Shown here one piece after another: positions 25,575-33,259 of a DNA stretch of 64,000 bases. A program made the position numbers and the translations under genes. The stretch lies in assembly GCA_965220245.1 (NCBI GenBank), contig CBDCPI010000006.1:201876-265875 (forward strand). The letters are read 5' to 3'. This DNA comes from Dehalococcoidia bacterium (GTDB lineage: Bacteria > Chloroflexota > Dehalococcoidia > Lucifugimonadales > UBA3495). The number at the start of each line of letters is the position of its first letter. Positions within the stretch are counted from its first letter, which is position 1. The notes under the pieces are model-generated. The model was not told the DNA's origin, searched no databases, and saw only the letters and a list, made by a program, of their open reading frames with translations.

Positions 25575-26906
25575 CTGACAAGGGTAGGCATTTGATTGTT
25601 TCAGGTTTCTGCATGGTAGATGAGCTTCATATCGGGCGACGGTTCCGGCCACGGTTCAGGAAGCAGCCAGACCCTGCGCCAAAGTCTGCCCTTGGGCAGC
25701 AGCCGTCTCAGCCAGATGATGCCCTGCCGCAGTACACTGATAGTCCGTTTGGGAGCGCTCCAAGCGCTGCGGTGAGTGGACGCCAGAGCCTTCGGCGGTG
25801 CTCTGAGATGGCCGGGCGCTATGCCAAGCTCATTGGCGTCTTCTACCCTGGTCCCATACGCCAGCGTCCAGAACGTCGCCACCGACAACGCAAGCCAGTG
25901 CCTCGCCACCCGTTCGGGATCGGTCCTGCGAGTGTTCTGCCACTGCCACCCCAAGCTCTTGAGTGCTCTGAAGCCCAGTTCTATCCAGAACCGGAGCATG
26001 TACCAGCACACCCCTGCTTCGCCGGGCGGCAGGTCGGTCATCACCACCCACGGCTCGTCTTGGCCCTGGTCCCAGACCACAATCACCGTCCCGCGGCGGC
26101 GCTTGCTGCTGTCCCTGAAAGCCGTCCCGGACCCAACATATGCGTGCCCCGGCCCCGGCACCAACGCTCGCGCCGGCAGGCGGGTTCCTCCGTCAGGGCA
26201 GAACACGGTGTTGACCGATTGCCGCATGTAAGGATGCCACCCCACAGAGCGTATCTGCTCCCACAGCCGCGGACTCCTCAAACCGCGGTCAGTCATCACC
26301 AGCACGCTCATGTCCGGCGGCACCGCTTCGGACAGCAACTTCAGCAGACTCACCGCCGGCGCTATCCACTGCCCGGGTTTGTTGGCGGGCAGGATGTGCC
26401 AGGCCACCGGAATAGCGCAACTGCGATAGACCACGCTTATCGCAATGGCGTTTATCCGGTCGCCCTTCATCGTCGGGTCTATGGCAAGCACCAATCTGTC
26501 AGACTTCCACCAATTGAGAATCCATCGCAGCAGTGGAACGAAGCACAGTCTGACATCCAACTGCACTCCGCACGGGTTGGCGCGGTCCTGCCCATTGTAC
26601 AGCCCTCCCGGAGATACTGCCGTATGCTGTTGAAGTTGCCTATGAACGAAAGCTCAGCGGCGACCGCGTTCTGGCAGCCGCTCTGGGCCATTATGATGCC
26701 GTACACCCACAGGACCAGTCCCTTCAACTGAGACCCTCTGAGATGCGGCATGTAGTATTGTATGGTCTGCTTCATCTGGTAGTATTCGGTTGGGAAGCGC
26801 ATGGCGAACCTCTGGCAGCCTTTCTGATTCTCACCAAAAAGATGCCAGAAAGCTGTGCGCTTTCCAAGTTCTTATGCCTATTTCATACTTTGCCTACCCT
26901 TGTCAG
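25575..26906 (-). mobile_element. Complete IS4-family insertion sequence (1332 bp) with an 11-bp target-site duplication
   Basis: Perfect 16-bp terminal inverted repeats: CTGACAAGGGTAGGCA at 25575-25590 and TGCCTACCCTTGTCAG at 26891-26906. They are flanked by direct repeats CTCCCTCTGGG at 25564-25574 and 26907-26917. Confidence 0.9.
25601..26802 (-). pseudogene. IS4-family DDE transposase split by a frameshift into two ORFs (26802-26479 and 26566-25601)
   Basis: The N-terminal ORF ends ...NSIRQYLREG. The second frame continues LYNGQDRANPCGVQLDVRLCF.... DDE blocks LAIDPT and LVMTDRG are present, plus the IS4 Y-(2)-R-(3)-E-(6)-K signature in YMLRFWIELGFRALK. The frame change lies near the G-rich run gggagggc around 26600. 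Confidence 0.8.
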
Positions 26907-27026
26907 CTCCCTCTGGGAGAGGGTTAGGGTGAGGGCTATTCTAGCGGTGAACTACCTTGGCCGTCGCCAGGCATTTCCCCTCATCCCAACCTTCTCCCCA
27001 AGGAGAAAGGGCTTTTGAAACACCTT

Positions 27027-28430
27027 CTATGCGAATTGATAGTCCCTGGATGCGGCGATTAGGGCCAGCATGACGCCGATCCTAGCCTCAGACTCGTTAA
27101 TATCCTCTTTGGAGTCCCAACTGAGGTCTCCGCTCTCTTGGGCTTGGGCCAGCAGTTCGGCGTGGGTCGACTCGCTGACCTCCAGCGGGCCCACCGCGTC
27201 GAGACAAGCGGCCACCAACTCGGCGGGCGAGAGGTCCCCTTGGGACCTCAGGTGCTCGACCACGGAGCGGATGCCGGGTAGCGAGGTGTTGCCCAACAGG
27301 CCGGAAGCGAAATTCACTCTTCGCACCAAGGCTCCGCCATCTATCCATTCCGACCCGGTATGCCAGCTCTCTACGCTGGGCGGATTGAGCAACTCCTGCC
27401 CCTGATAGGCGCACTCGAAGGCCAAGGAGTTGAAACCGGGCCTGGGGCCGTTGAAGTTGCCCACTAGGCGAACGGTCCCCACCACCAACTCAGCCGGGCT
27501 CTTGACCCGGGCAAAGCGGGCATTTTTGAAGAAGTCCGAGTTGAACAGCACGCGGAGCATCGAGCGGATGTCGTAGTTGGACTCGTGGTAAACGTCCACC
27601 AAGGTCTGGATGGCCTCGGGGTCTTGGGGCGGGGTGATATTCCAGCTAGGCACTTGAGGTTCATCGGCTACAAAGAAATTGTACAGGTGCCGGGCCAAGA
27701 ACCGGGGAGAGGCCGGTTGGCTTGCGATGATGTCGATAACGTCGCTGCCGTTGAACCGGCCAGTCTGCCCCAAGAAAGTCTTCTCGCCGTCGTCGTGGTC
27801 CTCGGGCTTGTATTCGAACTTCCAGTAGAAGCGGCCCAGCGGGTTCCGGGGAATCTTGGGGGCGACGGTCCATCCGGTAAAGGCCCGGGAAGCTTCTTTG
27901 ATGTCCTCTTCGGAGTAGTTGCCCACGCCCAAAGAGAAAAGCTCCATGAGCTCCCGGCCCCAGTTTTCGTTGATCGCCCCGTTGTGATTGCCGTTGTTGT
28001 CCAGCCAGTAGATCATGGCCGGCGATTTGGCCAACTCCACCAACAGGTCTCGGAAGCTCCCCAACCCGTATTTGCGGAGCATGGCGATCTGTTGGGTAAG
28101 CTCCGGGGGATTGTCTACTTTGGAGTTGCCGGTGGCAAACAACTGGTGCCAGAAGAGCGCCATTTTTTCTTCTAAAGGCCGCTTGGTGTTGATCATCCGG
28201 TACACCCAGTCGGCCTGGTTTATGGGAGGGCCCAAGGCGCCTTCGTAGCCCGGGAAAACCCGGTACAGGAGGGCCTCGTCAATTGGTGGTTGCTCTTCAG
28301 GGTGTAGAAGCTCCTCCACGGTAGCTTCATAGCCCTTGGCGACCCGAGCTTCCAGTTCTTCCCGGGGAGCCCCAAAACCGGCCCGCCGCATCAGGTGGGC
28401 CATCAAGGCAATATCATCTCCGTGAGGCAT
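27027..28430 (-). CDS. DUF1800 domain protein
   Basis: 467 aa. LMAHLMRRAGFG...EKMALFWHQLFATG...NENWGRELMELFSLGVGNYSEEDIKEASRAFTGW. It is a paralogue of 61607-63007 and the usual partner of DUF1501. Confidence 0.85.
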   Translation of the reverse strand: MPHGDDIALMAHLMRRAGFGAPREELEARVAKGYEATVEELLHPEEQPPIDEALLYRVFPGYEGALGPPINQADWVYRMINTKRPLEEKMALFWHQLFATGNSKVDNPPELTQQIAMLRKYGLGSFRDLLVELAKSPAMIYWLDNNGNHNGAINENWGRELMELFSLGVGNYSEEDIKEASRAFTGWTVAPKIPRNPLGRFYWKFEYKPEDHDDGEKTFLGQTGRFNGSDVIDIIASQPASPRFLARHLYNFFVADEPQVPSWNITPPQDPEAIQTLVDVYHESNYDIRSMLRVLFNSDFFKNARFARVKSPAELVVGTVRLVGNFNGPRPGFNSLAFECAYQGQELLNPPSVESWHTGSEWIDGGALVRRVNFASGLLGNTSLPGIRSVVEHLRSQGDLSPAELVAACLDAVGPLEVSESTHAELLAQAQESGDLSWDSKEDINESEARIGVMLALIAASRDYQFA

Positions 28431-28502
28431 GGCTATCCCTCCTCTGGAGTTAGATTCAGGTTTAGATCCTAGGTAAAAGTCAACACTCTGTCAGCTAACA
28501 TC

Positions 28503-28898
28503 CTACGGTTGCCCAAGAGTGGTGTCAAGCAACTTCACCTCCACCAGCGGGCTGCCGGCCACCCAGGACTCCAAGTCCCGATTGCCGCCTATTTTTCGCA
28601 GAATTCCGGCTATAATCTCCCGCCGCTGCTCCTGGTCCACCACCGGCGTCGCTCTGGCGGACAAGTCCGCCTTTGTCGTCTGCTTCAGGTGGAAAGTGAA
28701 CTCCGGGCGGGCCACCAGGTTGGCGTACCAGTCCCGCCGCCCCGGGGTGCCGGTGATGAACAAGCGGCCCTCCAGGTTATGAAACCAGATCTCTTTGCGC
28801 CGGGGCTGCCCCGAATTCTTGCCGGTGGTGGTGATGTCGATGGTACGGTCCTGATTTAGGGCCCGGCTAATATCTGCGTTCACTGGTACCCCCCTCAA
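28503..28898 (-). CDS. Deazaflavin (F420H2)-dependent nitroreductase-family protein (DDN/DUF385-like)
   Basis: 131 aa. ITTTGKNSGQPRRKEIWFHNLEGRLFITGTPGRRDWYANLVARPEFTFH fits the DDN-family pattern. Confidence 0.7.
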   Translation of the reverse strand: MRGVPVNADISRALNQDRTIDITTTGKNSGQPRRKEIWFHNLEGRLFITGTPGRRDWYANLVARPEFTFHLKQTTKADLSARATPVVDQEQRREIIAGILRKIGGNRDLESWVAGSPLVEVKLLDTTLGQP

Positions 28899-28988
28899 TC
28901 GCCCAATTATACTCAGCTTAGGAGGCTTACGATTTTTCGCTAAACTGTCCTAAACTTTTCGACGGCTCTCCCTTATTGAGACCTTTGC

Positions 28989-29065
28989 GTAACCCCGTAG
29001 GGGCACCCCTTGTGGGTGCCTTGACGTTGTCACCCCCAAGGGCAACCACAAGGGTCGCCCCTACA
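28989..29065. repeat. Hairpin repeat of the ggcaaccacaagggtcgcccctac family
   Basis: gtaggggcaccccttgtgggtgcc and ggcaaccacaagggtcgcccctac are inverted copies. Relatives lie at 44477-44501 and 45505-45580. Confidence 0.75.
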
Positions 29066-29095
29066 TTTCTCGATACCTGCGCGCAGCAGTCCCGG

Positions 29096-29599
29096 TTATG
29101 CAAAGGTCTCCTTTTGTATATCTTCCTCGAAGGGTGGTCTGAACCCGTCCTTGCCCTCGCCCAACTCCGGCAAAGTGTCCTTCAACACGTCGAAGCCCAT
29201 TCTGTAGTGCTCCAGGTACTCGGTACGGAACGACTTCCGGTCACAACCCAACTTCTGGGCCATCAGGTCGAACGCCTTGTCGCGGGTCCCGGCCAAGAAC
29301 TTCCCTCGTTGGAAGTGGAAGGGTTGGGCGATGAACTTCCGGACGCCCGTGCCGCAAAGGCTGTCGGCGAAAGCATCGGGGCTACTTACCAGCAGCGCGT
29401 CCCCAGTCAACACCACCAATCCCGGGAAGTGGGCCGCTTGCTCTTCAATCCAGCTCTGGGTGGCTTTGGCCTCATCCACATGGTAAGGAGTCAACTCCTG
29501 GTTCAGGGACACCTGGGCCTCTTGGGCAAACAGATGCACCAACCCCAATTGGCGGCCTCCTTCCCACATCCCCCAGCAACTCTTCCCGTCTACGGCCAC
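29096..29599 (-). pseudogene. Transposase-like remnant (DDE-type, N-terminally truncated)
   Basis: The 167-aa ORF begins directly with AVDGKSCWG...LVHLFAQEAQVSLNQ...VDEKA-like and ...VVLTGDALL blocks, reminiscent of ISAs1/IS4-type catalytic cores. There is no room upstream for the N-terminal domain. Confidence 0.4.
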
Positions 29600-29697
29600 T
29601 GTGAATAGGATGGGGGTGCCTTACGGCGGCTTCAGGCAAGGGAGGACAAAATAGTACTGGAAAGAGGCGGGCTTATAGTGGAAGACTTTGAAGGGAT

Positions 29698-30167
29698 TTA
29701 TATGGCCTGCTTGACGACCCTGACTGATGCCCCTTGTTTGTCCGACTCTATTATTTCAACGCCATCTGGTATGAAATGGGCGTAGGTTCTAACGTAATAC
29801 TCCGCCAGGGTTTCTTTTCGCTTTTCGTTATAATCCCGCAAAACAAAAGGATTTTCCGGTATTCATCTGGTGCCAAGTAAAACAAGAACATCGCTTCGTT
29901 CCAGGCATGCATTTTTCCTGTAGGGGTATTGCCGTTTCTCATCCAAGTATGGCATTTGCATTCCACCAACACCCGCATTCGCTCTGAACCCAAATCAAAC
30001 TGGTGTTTCTTCTTCTCCCTAAGCCCTATTTTGAGTTCAAACGACCTTGTGAGTTCCAATCTCTCAAGTCGCCTGAAATATTGTTGGGCAGTTATTTCAA
30101 ATTCTTTGCCCACGACCGGGTTTTCTTTCCCGTCGGTATTCTTGAAGATGTCATTTGAAATGGCCAT
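29698..30167 (-). pseudogene. PD-(D/E)xK nuclease-like small protein, interrupted by a frameshift
   Basis: ATG at 30167 after AAGGAGG. Core FDLGSERMRVLVECKCHTW has the D...E-x-K pattern. After ...DEYRKILLF the track frame degenerates. Shifting one base within the T-run cttttgtttt gives LRDYNEKRKETLAEYYVRTYAHFIPDGVEIIESDKQGASVRVVKQAI, ending at 29698. The segment is AT-rich. Confidence 0.55.
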
Positions 30168-30211
30168 CGTCAATCCCTCCTTTTCGCTCGGGATACGGCG
30201 GCCTTCCTACC

Positions 30212-30490
30212 TCAACCGCCGTTGCCCCGTCTCGCCCAGGCTATCGCATCCGCCACGTCAGTCTCGATTATACCCCGTTTCGCTAGCTTCTCCCTCACCG
30301 CGTCCACCGGAGAGATGTGAACGGGCGTAAGCACGATGCAGCCGTTCTTTTTAGTCACGTCGAAATACTCGATTCCCCCAAAGACTGCCCTCGCCTCTTC
30401 CAGGAAAGTTAGCTGGTTGGTGCCAGTCCGTTTTGCAAGCGTGTCGATTTCCTCGTTAAAGTCCTTGGAACAATGGGCCTTTACCGTCAT
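30212..30490 (-). CDS. Small antitoxin-like protein, possible ribbon-helix-helix N-terminus
   Basis: 92 aa. The N-terminal beta-alpha-alpha pattern TVKAHCS / DFNEEIDTLAKRTG / NQLTFLEEARAVF resembles CopG/RHH antitoxins. The gene sits 38 nt upstream of the nuclease-like gene on the same strand. Confidence 0.4.
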   Translation of the reverse strand: MTVKAHCSKDFNEEIDTLAKRTGTNQLTFLEEARAVFGGIEYFDVTKKNGCIVLTPVHISPVDAVREKLAKRGIIETDVADAIAWARRGNGG

Positions 30491-30563
30491 TGTAATCTAT
30501 TATCTCCGTAATCTATTGGCCCCGCCAACGGGATACAGCCGGACCGTCACTGCCCCGTACCTC

Positions 30564-30917
30564 TCAGTTGACCAACTCCGCTAGGCGGTAAACCAAGCGG
30601 CGCACCCGGTCTCGGTCTCTAGCTATGGTCCGGTCGTTCATACTGTCCTCGTACATATTGCGGTGCAGCCGGCTGGCGCGCCTAAACCAGTGTATTATGC
30701 GAGTGTCGTTAAGGTTGTGAGCCAAGCGTTCGGTGACGTCAAAAAGGTCATGGTGGCTTTCGTTGCGCCAGCCCCAATGTTTGGCGGCGGCCTTGACTGC
30801 GTGGACTGCTGCGCACCAGAGGATTTCCGAGCGCAGTAGCCGGTTCCGCAACGCGATGGAGTGGTCCGCCAAATCGAGAAACTCCACCGCCGCGGCGATG
30901 TGGGCACGGGGATTCAC
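30564..30917 (-). CDS. PaREP1/HEPN-like helical protein B1 (retains an R-x4-5-H motif)
   Basis: 117 aa. LRSEILWCAAVHAVKAAAKHWGWRNESHHDLF...FRRASRLHRNMYED. The GTG start overlaps the stop of the upstream gene as GTGA. Confidence 0.65.
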   Translation of the reverse strand: MNPRAHIAAAVEFLDLADHSIALRNRLLRSEILWCAAVHAVKAAAKHWGWRNESHHDLFDVTERLAHNLNDTRIIHWFRRASRLHRNMYEDSMNDRTIARDRDRVRRLVYRLAELVN

Positions 30918-31270
30918 TCGTTCAGTGCCTGTAAGTTCTCGATGAAACGCTGGACTGTCTCGCGAGAGTAATCTATTTCGTATGATTTCATAAAGTCGCG
31001 GCGGGCGTTTTCAAGGCAGTCTTCGGCGGCCCCGAACTCTGCACCCAGGTCGGGGTCATAGCCGGACTCTTCGGACAGGTGTTCGGCGAAGTCGCCCAGG
31101 TCGTCGGGGGTTTCGTGGGGCCAGCCTCGCTGTTTGGCGACGATGGCGACCAGCGAGGCGGCGGCGTCCCAGAGCTTTTGCGAGCCGAGGCGGACATCGT
31201 CGGCGTCAAAAGCCCGGTCGGCCTCTTTGATGATGTTACGGGCAGCCTGGATTTGTTCCGGTGTCAGCAT
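30914..31270 (-). CDS. PaREP1/HEPN-like helical protein A1 (degenerate motif)
   Basis: 118 aa from the ATG at 31270: MLTPEQIQAARNIIKEADRAF...GSQKLWDAAASLVAIVAKQRGWPHETPDDL...ENARRDFMKSYE. Confidence 0.65.
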   Translation of the reverse strand: MLTPEQIQAARNIIKEADRAFDADDVRLGSQKLWDAAASLVAIVAKQRGWPHETPDDLGDFAEHLSEESGYDPDLGAEFGAAEDCLENARRDFMKSYEIDYSRETVQRFIENLQALNE

Positions 31271-31331
31271 AGTTGAGTTATTCTCTCTATGGCGAGTATC
31301 AGTTAGGCCGACTGCGCTGGGCAGACTCCGC

Positions 31332-31685
31332 TCAGTTGACCAGCGCTTCAAGGCGATAGACCAGGCGGCGCACCCGGCCCTGGTCTCTGGCTATGTCCCG
31401 GTCGTTCATCCTGCCCTCGTACATATTGCGGTGCAACCGGCCAGCGCTTCTGAACCCGGACCTCAGATAATCGTTGCCAAGGTTACGCGCCAGATTCCCG
31501 GCAATATGAAAGAGGTCATCATGGCTTTCGTTGCGCCAGCCACGTTGTTTGCCGACGGCCTTGACTGCATGGGCGGCGGCGCACCAGAGGATTTCTGAGC
31601 GCAGCAACCGGTTTTGGAGCGCGATGGGATGGTCCGCCAAATCCAGGAAGTCCAAAGCCGCGGCGATGTGTTCCCTGGGATTCAC
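31332..31685 (-). CDS. PaREP1/HEPN-like helical protein B2, paralogue of B1
   Basis: 117 aa. LRSEILWCAAAHAVKAVGKQRGWRNESHDDLF...FRSAGRLHRNMYEG. GTGA start/stop overlap with A2. Exactly 768 bp from B1. Confidence 0.65.
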   Translation of the reverse strand: MNPREHIAAALDFLDLADHPIALQNRLLRSEILWCAAAHAVKAVGKQRGWRNESHDDLFHIAGNLARNLGNDYLRSGFRSAGRLHRNMYEGRMNDRDIARDQGRVRRLVYRLEALVN

Positions 31686-32038
31686 CTGGTCAGCGCCTGC
31701 ATGTTCTCGATGAAACTCTGGACTGCATCGCGGCAGTCGTCCAATTCGTATGGTCTCATAAAATTGTGTCGGGCGTTGTCGAGAAGGTACTCGGCGGCCC
31801 CGAACTCTCCACCCAGGTCCGGGTCATAGCCGCGCTCTTTGCCCAGATATTCGGCGGCGTCTCCCAGGTCACTGGGGGTTTCGTGGGGCCAGCCTCGCTG
31901 TTTAGCGACGATGGCGACCAGTGAGGCGGCGGCGTCCCAGAGCTTTTGCGAGCCGAGGCGGACATCGCCGGCGTCAAAGGCCCGGTCGGCCTCTTTGACG
32001 ATGCTACGGGCAGCCTGGATATGTTCCGGCGTCAGCAT
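31682..32038 (-). CDS. PaREP1/HEPN-like helical protein A2, paralogue of A1
   Basis: 118 aa from the ATG at 32038: MLTPEHIQAARSIVKEADRAF...GSQKLWDAAASLVAIVAKQRGWPHETPSDL...DNARHNFMRPYE. Confidence 0.65.
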   Translation of the reverse strand: MLTPEHIQAARSIVKEADRAFDAGDVRLGSQKLWDAAASLVAIVAKQRGWPHETPSDLGDAAEYLGKERGYDPDLGGEFGAAEYLLDNARHNFMRPYELDDCRDAVQSFIENMQALTR

Positions 32039-32119
32039 GGTTGAGGACACTCCCTTTTGGCGGCTAATCATCATCCAAAACAATGACCGTTAATGAGAGC
32101 ATACGGGGCGAAATCCGGT

Positions 32120-33007
32120 TTATCGCGCCGGCATATACTCCCCAAACCACCCCAAAGTCTCCGCCATGACCTCGCTGAAAGCCGGCTCGACATAGACCTC
32201 GTAGTGCCCATAACCCTTCAAGACCACCAACTTCTTCGGCTCGCCGGCGTGGGCGTACAGTTGCTCCGACTCCTCCGGCAAGACCAAGCGGTCGTCGTCG
32301 GTGGTGATGAACAGTATGGGCCTGGGCGAGATTTTGCCCACGATCCACTCCGGGTTGAACCCGATGGTGTCATCGACGTATTCCATAGGAATAGTGCTGA
32401 CCGCCGCCGGGTTATGCCGCCGGGCTTCCTCGGCCAGCTTGGCCGACTGGCGGTCCGGCAGCAGAATCTCGCTGCGCTCCACCATTTCCGACTGCCCGGT
32501 GGCGGCCCGTTGCTCCCGGTCATGCTGGGAGCGCTCTTGCAAGTCGTACCATTCGTCCACCCGGCGGACCCGGCTCATCCAGCGGGCGCCGTGGCCGATG
32601 CCCACCACGCTGACGATGCACTTGGCCCGGGGGTCCACCGCACCGACCCAAGAGACGGTGGCCCCGCCGTAGCTGGTGCCGTACAAGCCGATAGCCCCGG
32701 AGTCGACCTCCGGCTGAATTCCCAAGATGGTCATAGCCGCTTGGACGTCCATCACCCGGCTGTAGGGGGCCAGCCGGGAGCGCGAGCCCTCACTGCCTCC
32801 CCATCCTTTGTAGTCGAAGGTCATCGCCACGTACCCGGCCTCATTCAAAGCCCGGGCGTTGTCAGGCAAGTAAAGGTCTTTAACTCCGGTATAGCCGTGA
32901 CAGAGCAAGACGGCCGACCGTTGCTCTCCCGGGGCAAGGCCGTCGGGGACATAAACGTCGCCGCAAAGCTTGAACCCCTCGCTGTAGAACTCGATTTCCC
33001 GTTTCAT
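32120..33007 (-). CDS. Alpha/beta hydrolase (dienelactone hydrolase/peptidase S9-like)
   Basis: 295 aa. Contains LLCHGYTG, the nucleophile elbow GTSYGG, and a C-terminal GYGHYEVY. Confidence 0.8.
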   Translation of the reverse strand: MKREIEFYSEGFKLCGDVYVPDGLAPGEQRSAVLLCHGYTGVKDLYLPDNARALNEAGYVAMTFDYKGWGGSEGSRSRLAPYSRVMDVQAAMTILGIQPEVDSGAIGLYGTSYGGATVSWVGAVDPRAKCIVSVVGIGHGARWMSRVRRVDEWYDLQERSQHDREQRAATGQSEMVERSEILLPDRQSAKLAEEARRHNPAAVSTIPMEYVDDTIGFNPEWIVGKISPRPILFITTDDDRLVLPEESEQLYAHAGEPKKLVVLKGYGHYEVYVEPAFSEVMAETLGWFGEYMPAR

Positions 33008-33017
33008 AGTCTCTTCT

Positions 33018-33259
33018 CCTGAGCTTGCCGAAGGGCGAACCCTAAGAGGATGTTTAAAACCGATTGCAGCCCATCCCTACCATTCTGTGCGGCCCATCCC
33101 TGTCATTCCGAACAAAGTGAGGAATCTAAAATGCCCGGCGCAGCAGCGCCTTTAAGAAGGCGAGGAGTTTAGACCCTTCGCGGAGTTTATCTTGAGCGCA
33201 GCCGAAAGGCTCAGGGTGACAGGTGACTGGTTGCGAGGACTTATTAAACACCCTCTAAG
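33018..33259. repeat. Composite hairpin MITE-like repeat with CTAAGAGGRTGTTTAA-type termini
   Basis: Left end cctaagaggatgtttaaaac starts at 33041. The right end ttaaacaccctctaag at 33244-33259 is its imperfect inverse. The interior carries gtcattccgaacaaagtgaggaatctaaa / agacccttcgc...ctcagggtgac hairpin arms. The stop codon of the 33255-34904 gene lies inside the right terminus. Confidence 0.7.

Noticed and set aside
25442-26731. 429-aa plus-strand ORF, the longest uncalled ORF in the window.
   Set aside because: It lies entirely antisense to the IS4 transposase and to the start of the DUF1501 gene. Its sequence is Arg/Pro/Ser/His-rich low-complexity, typical of shadow frames in GC-rich DNA, and it has no recognisable motif.
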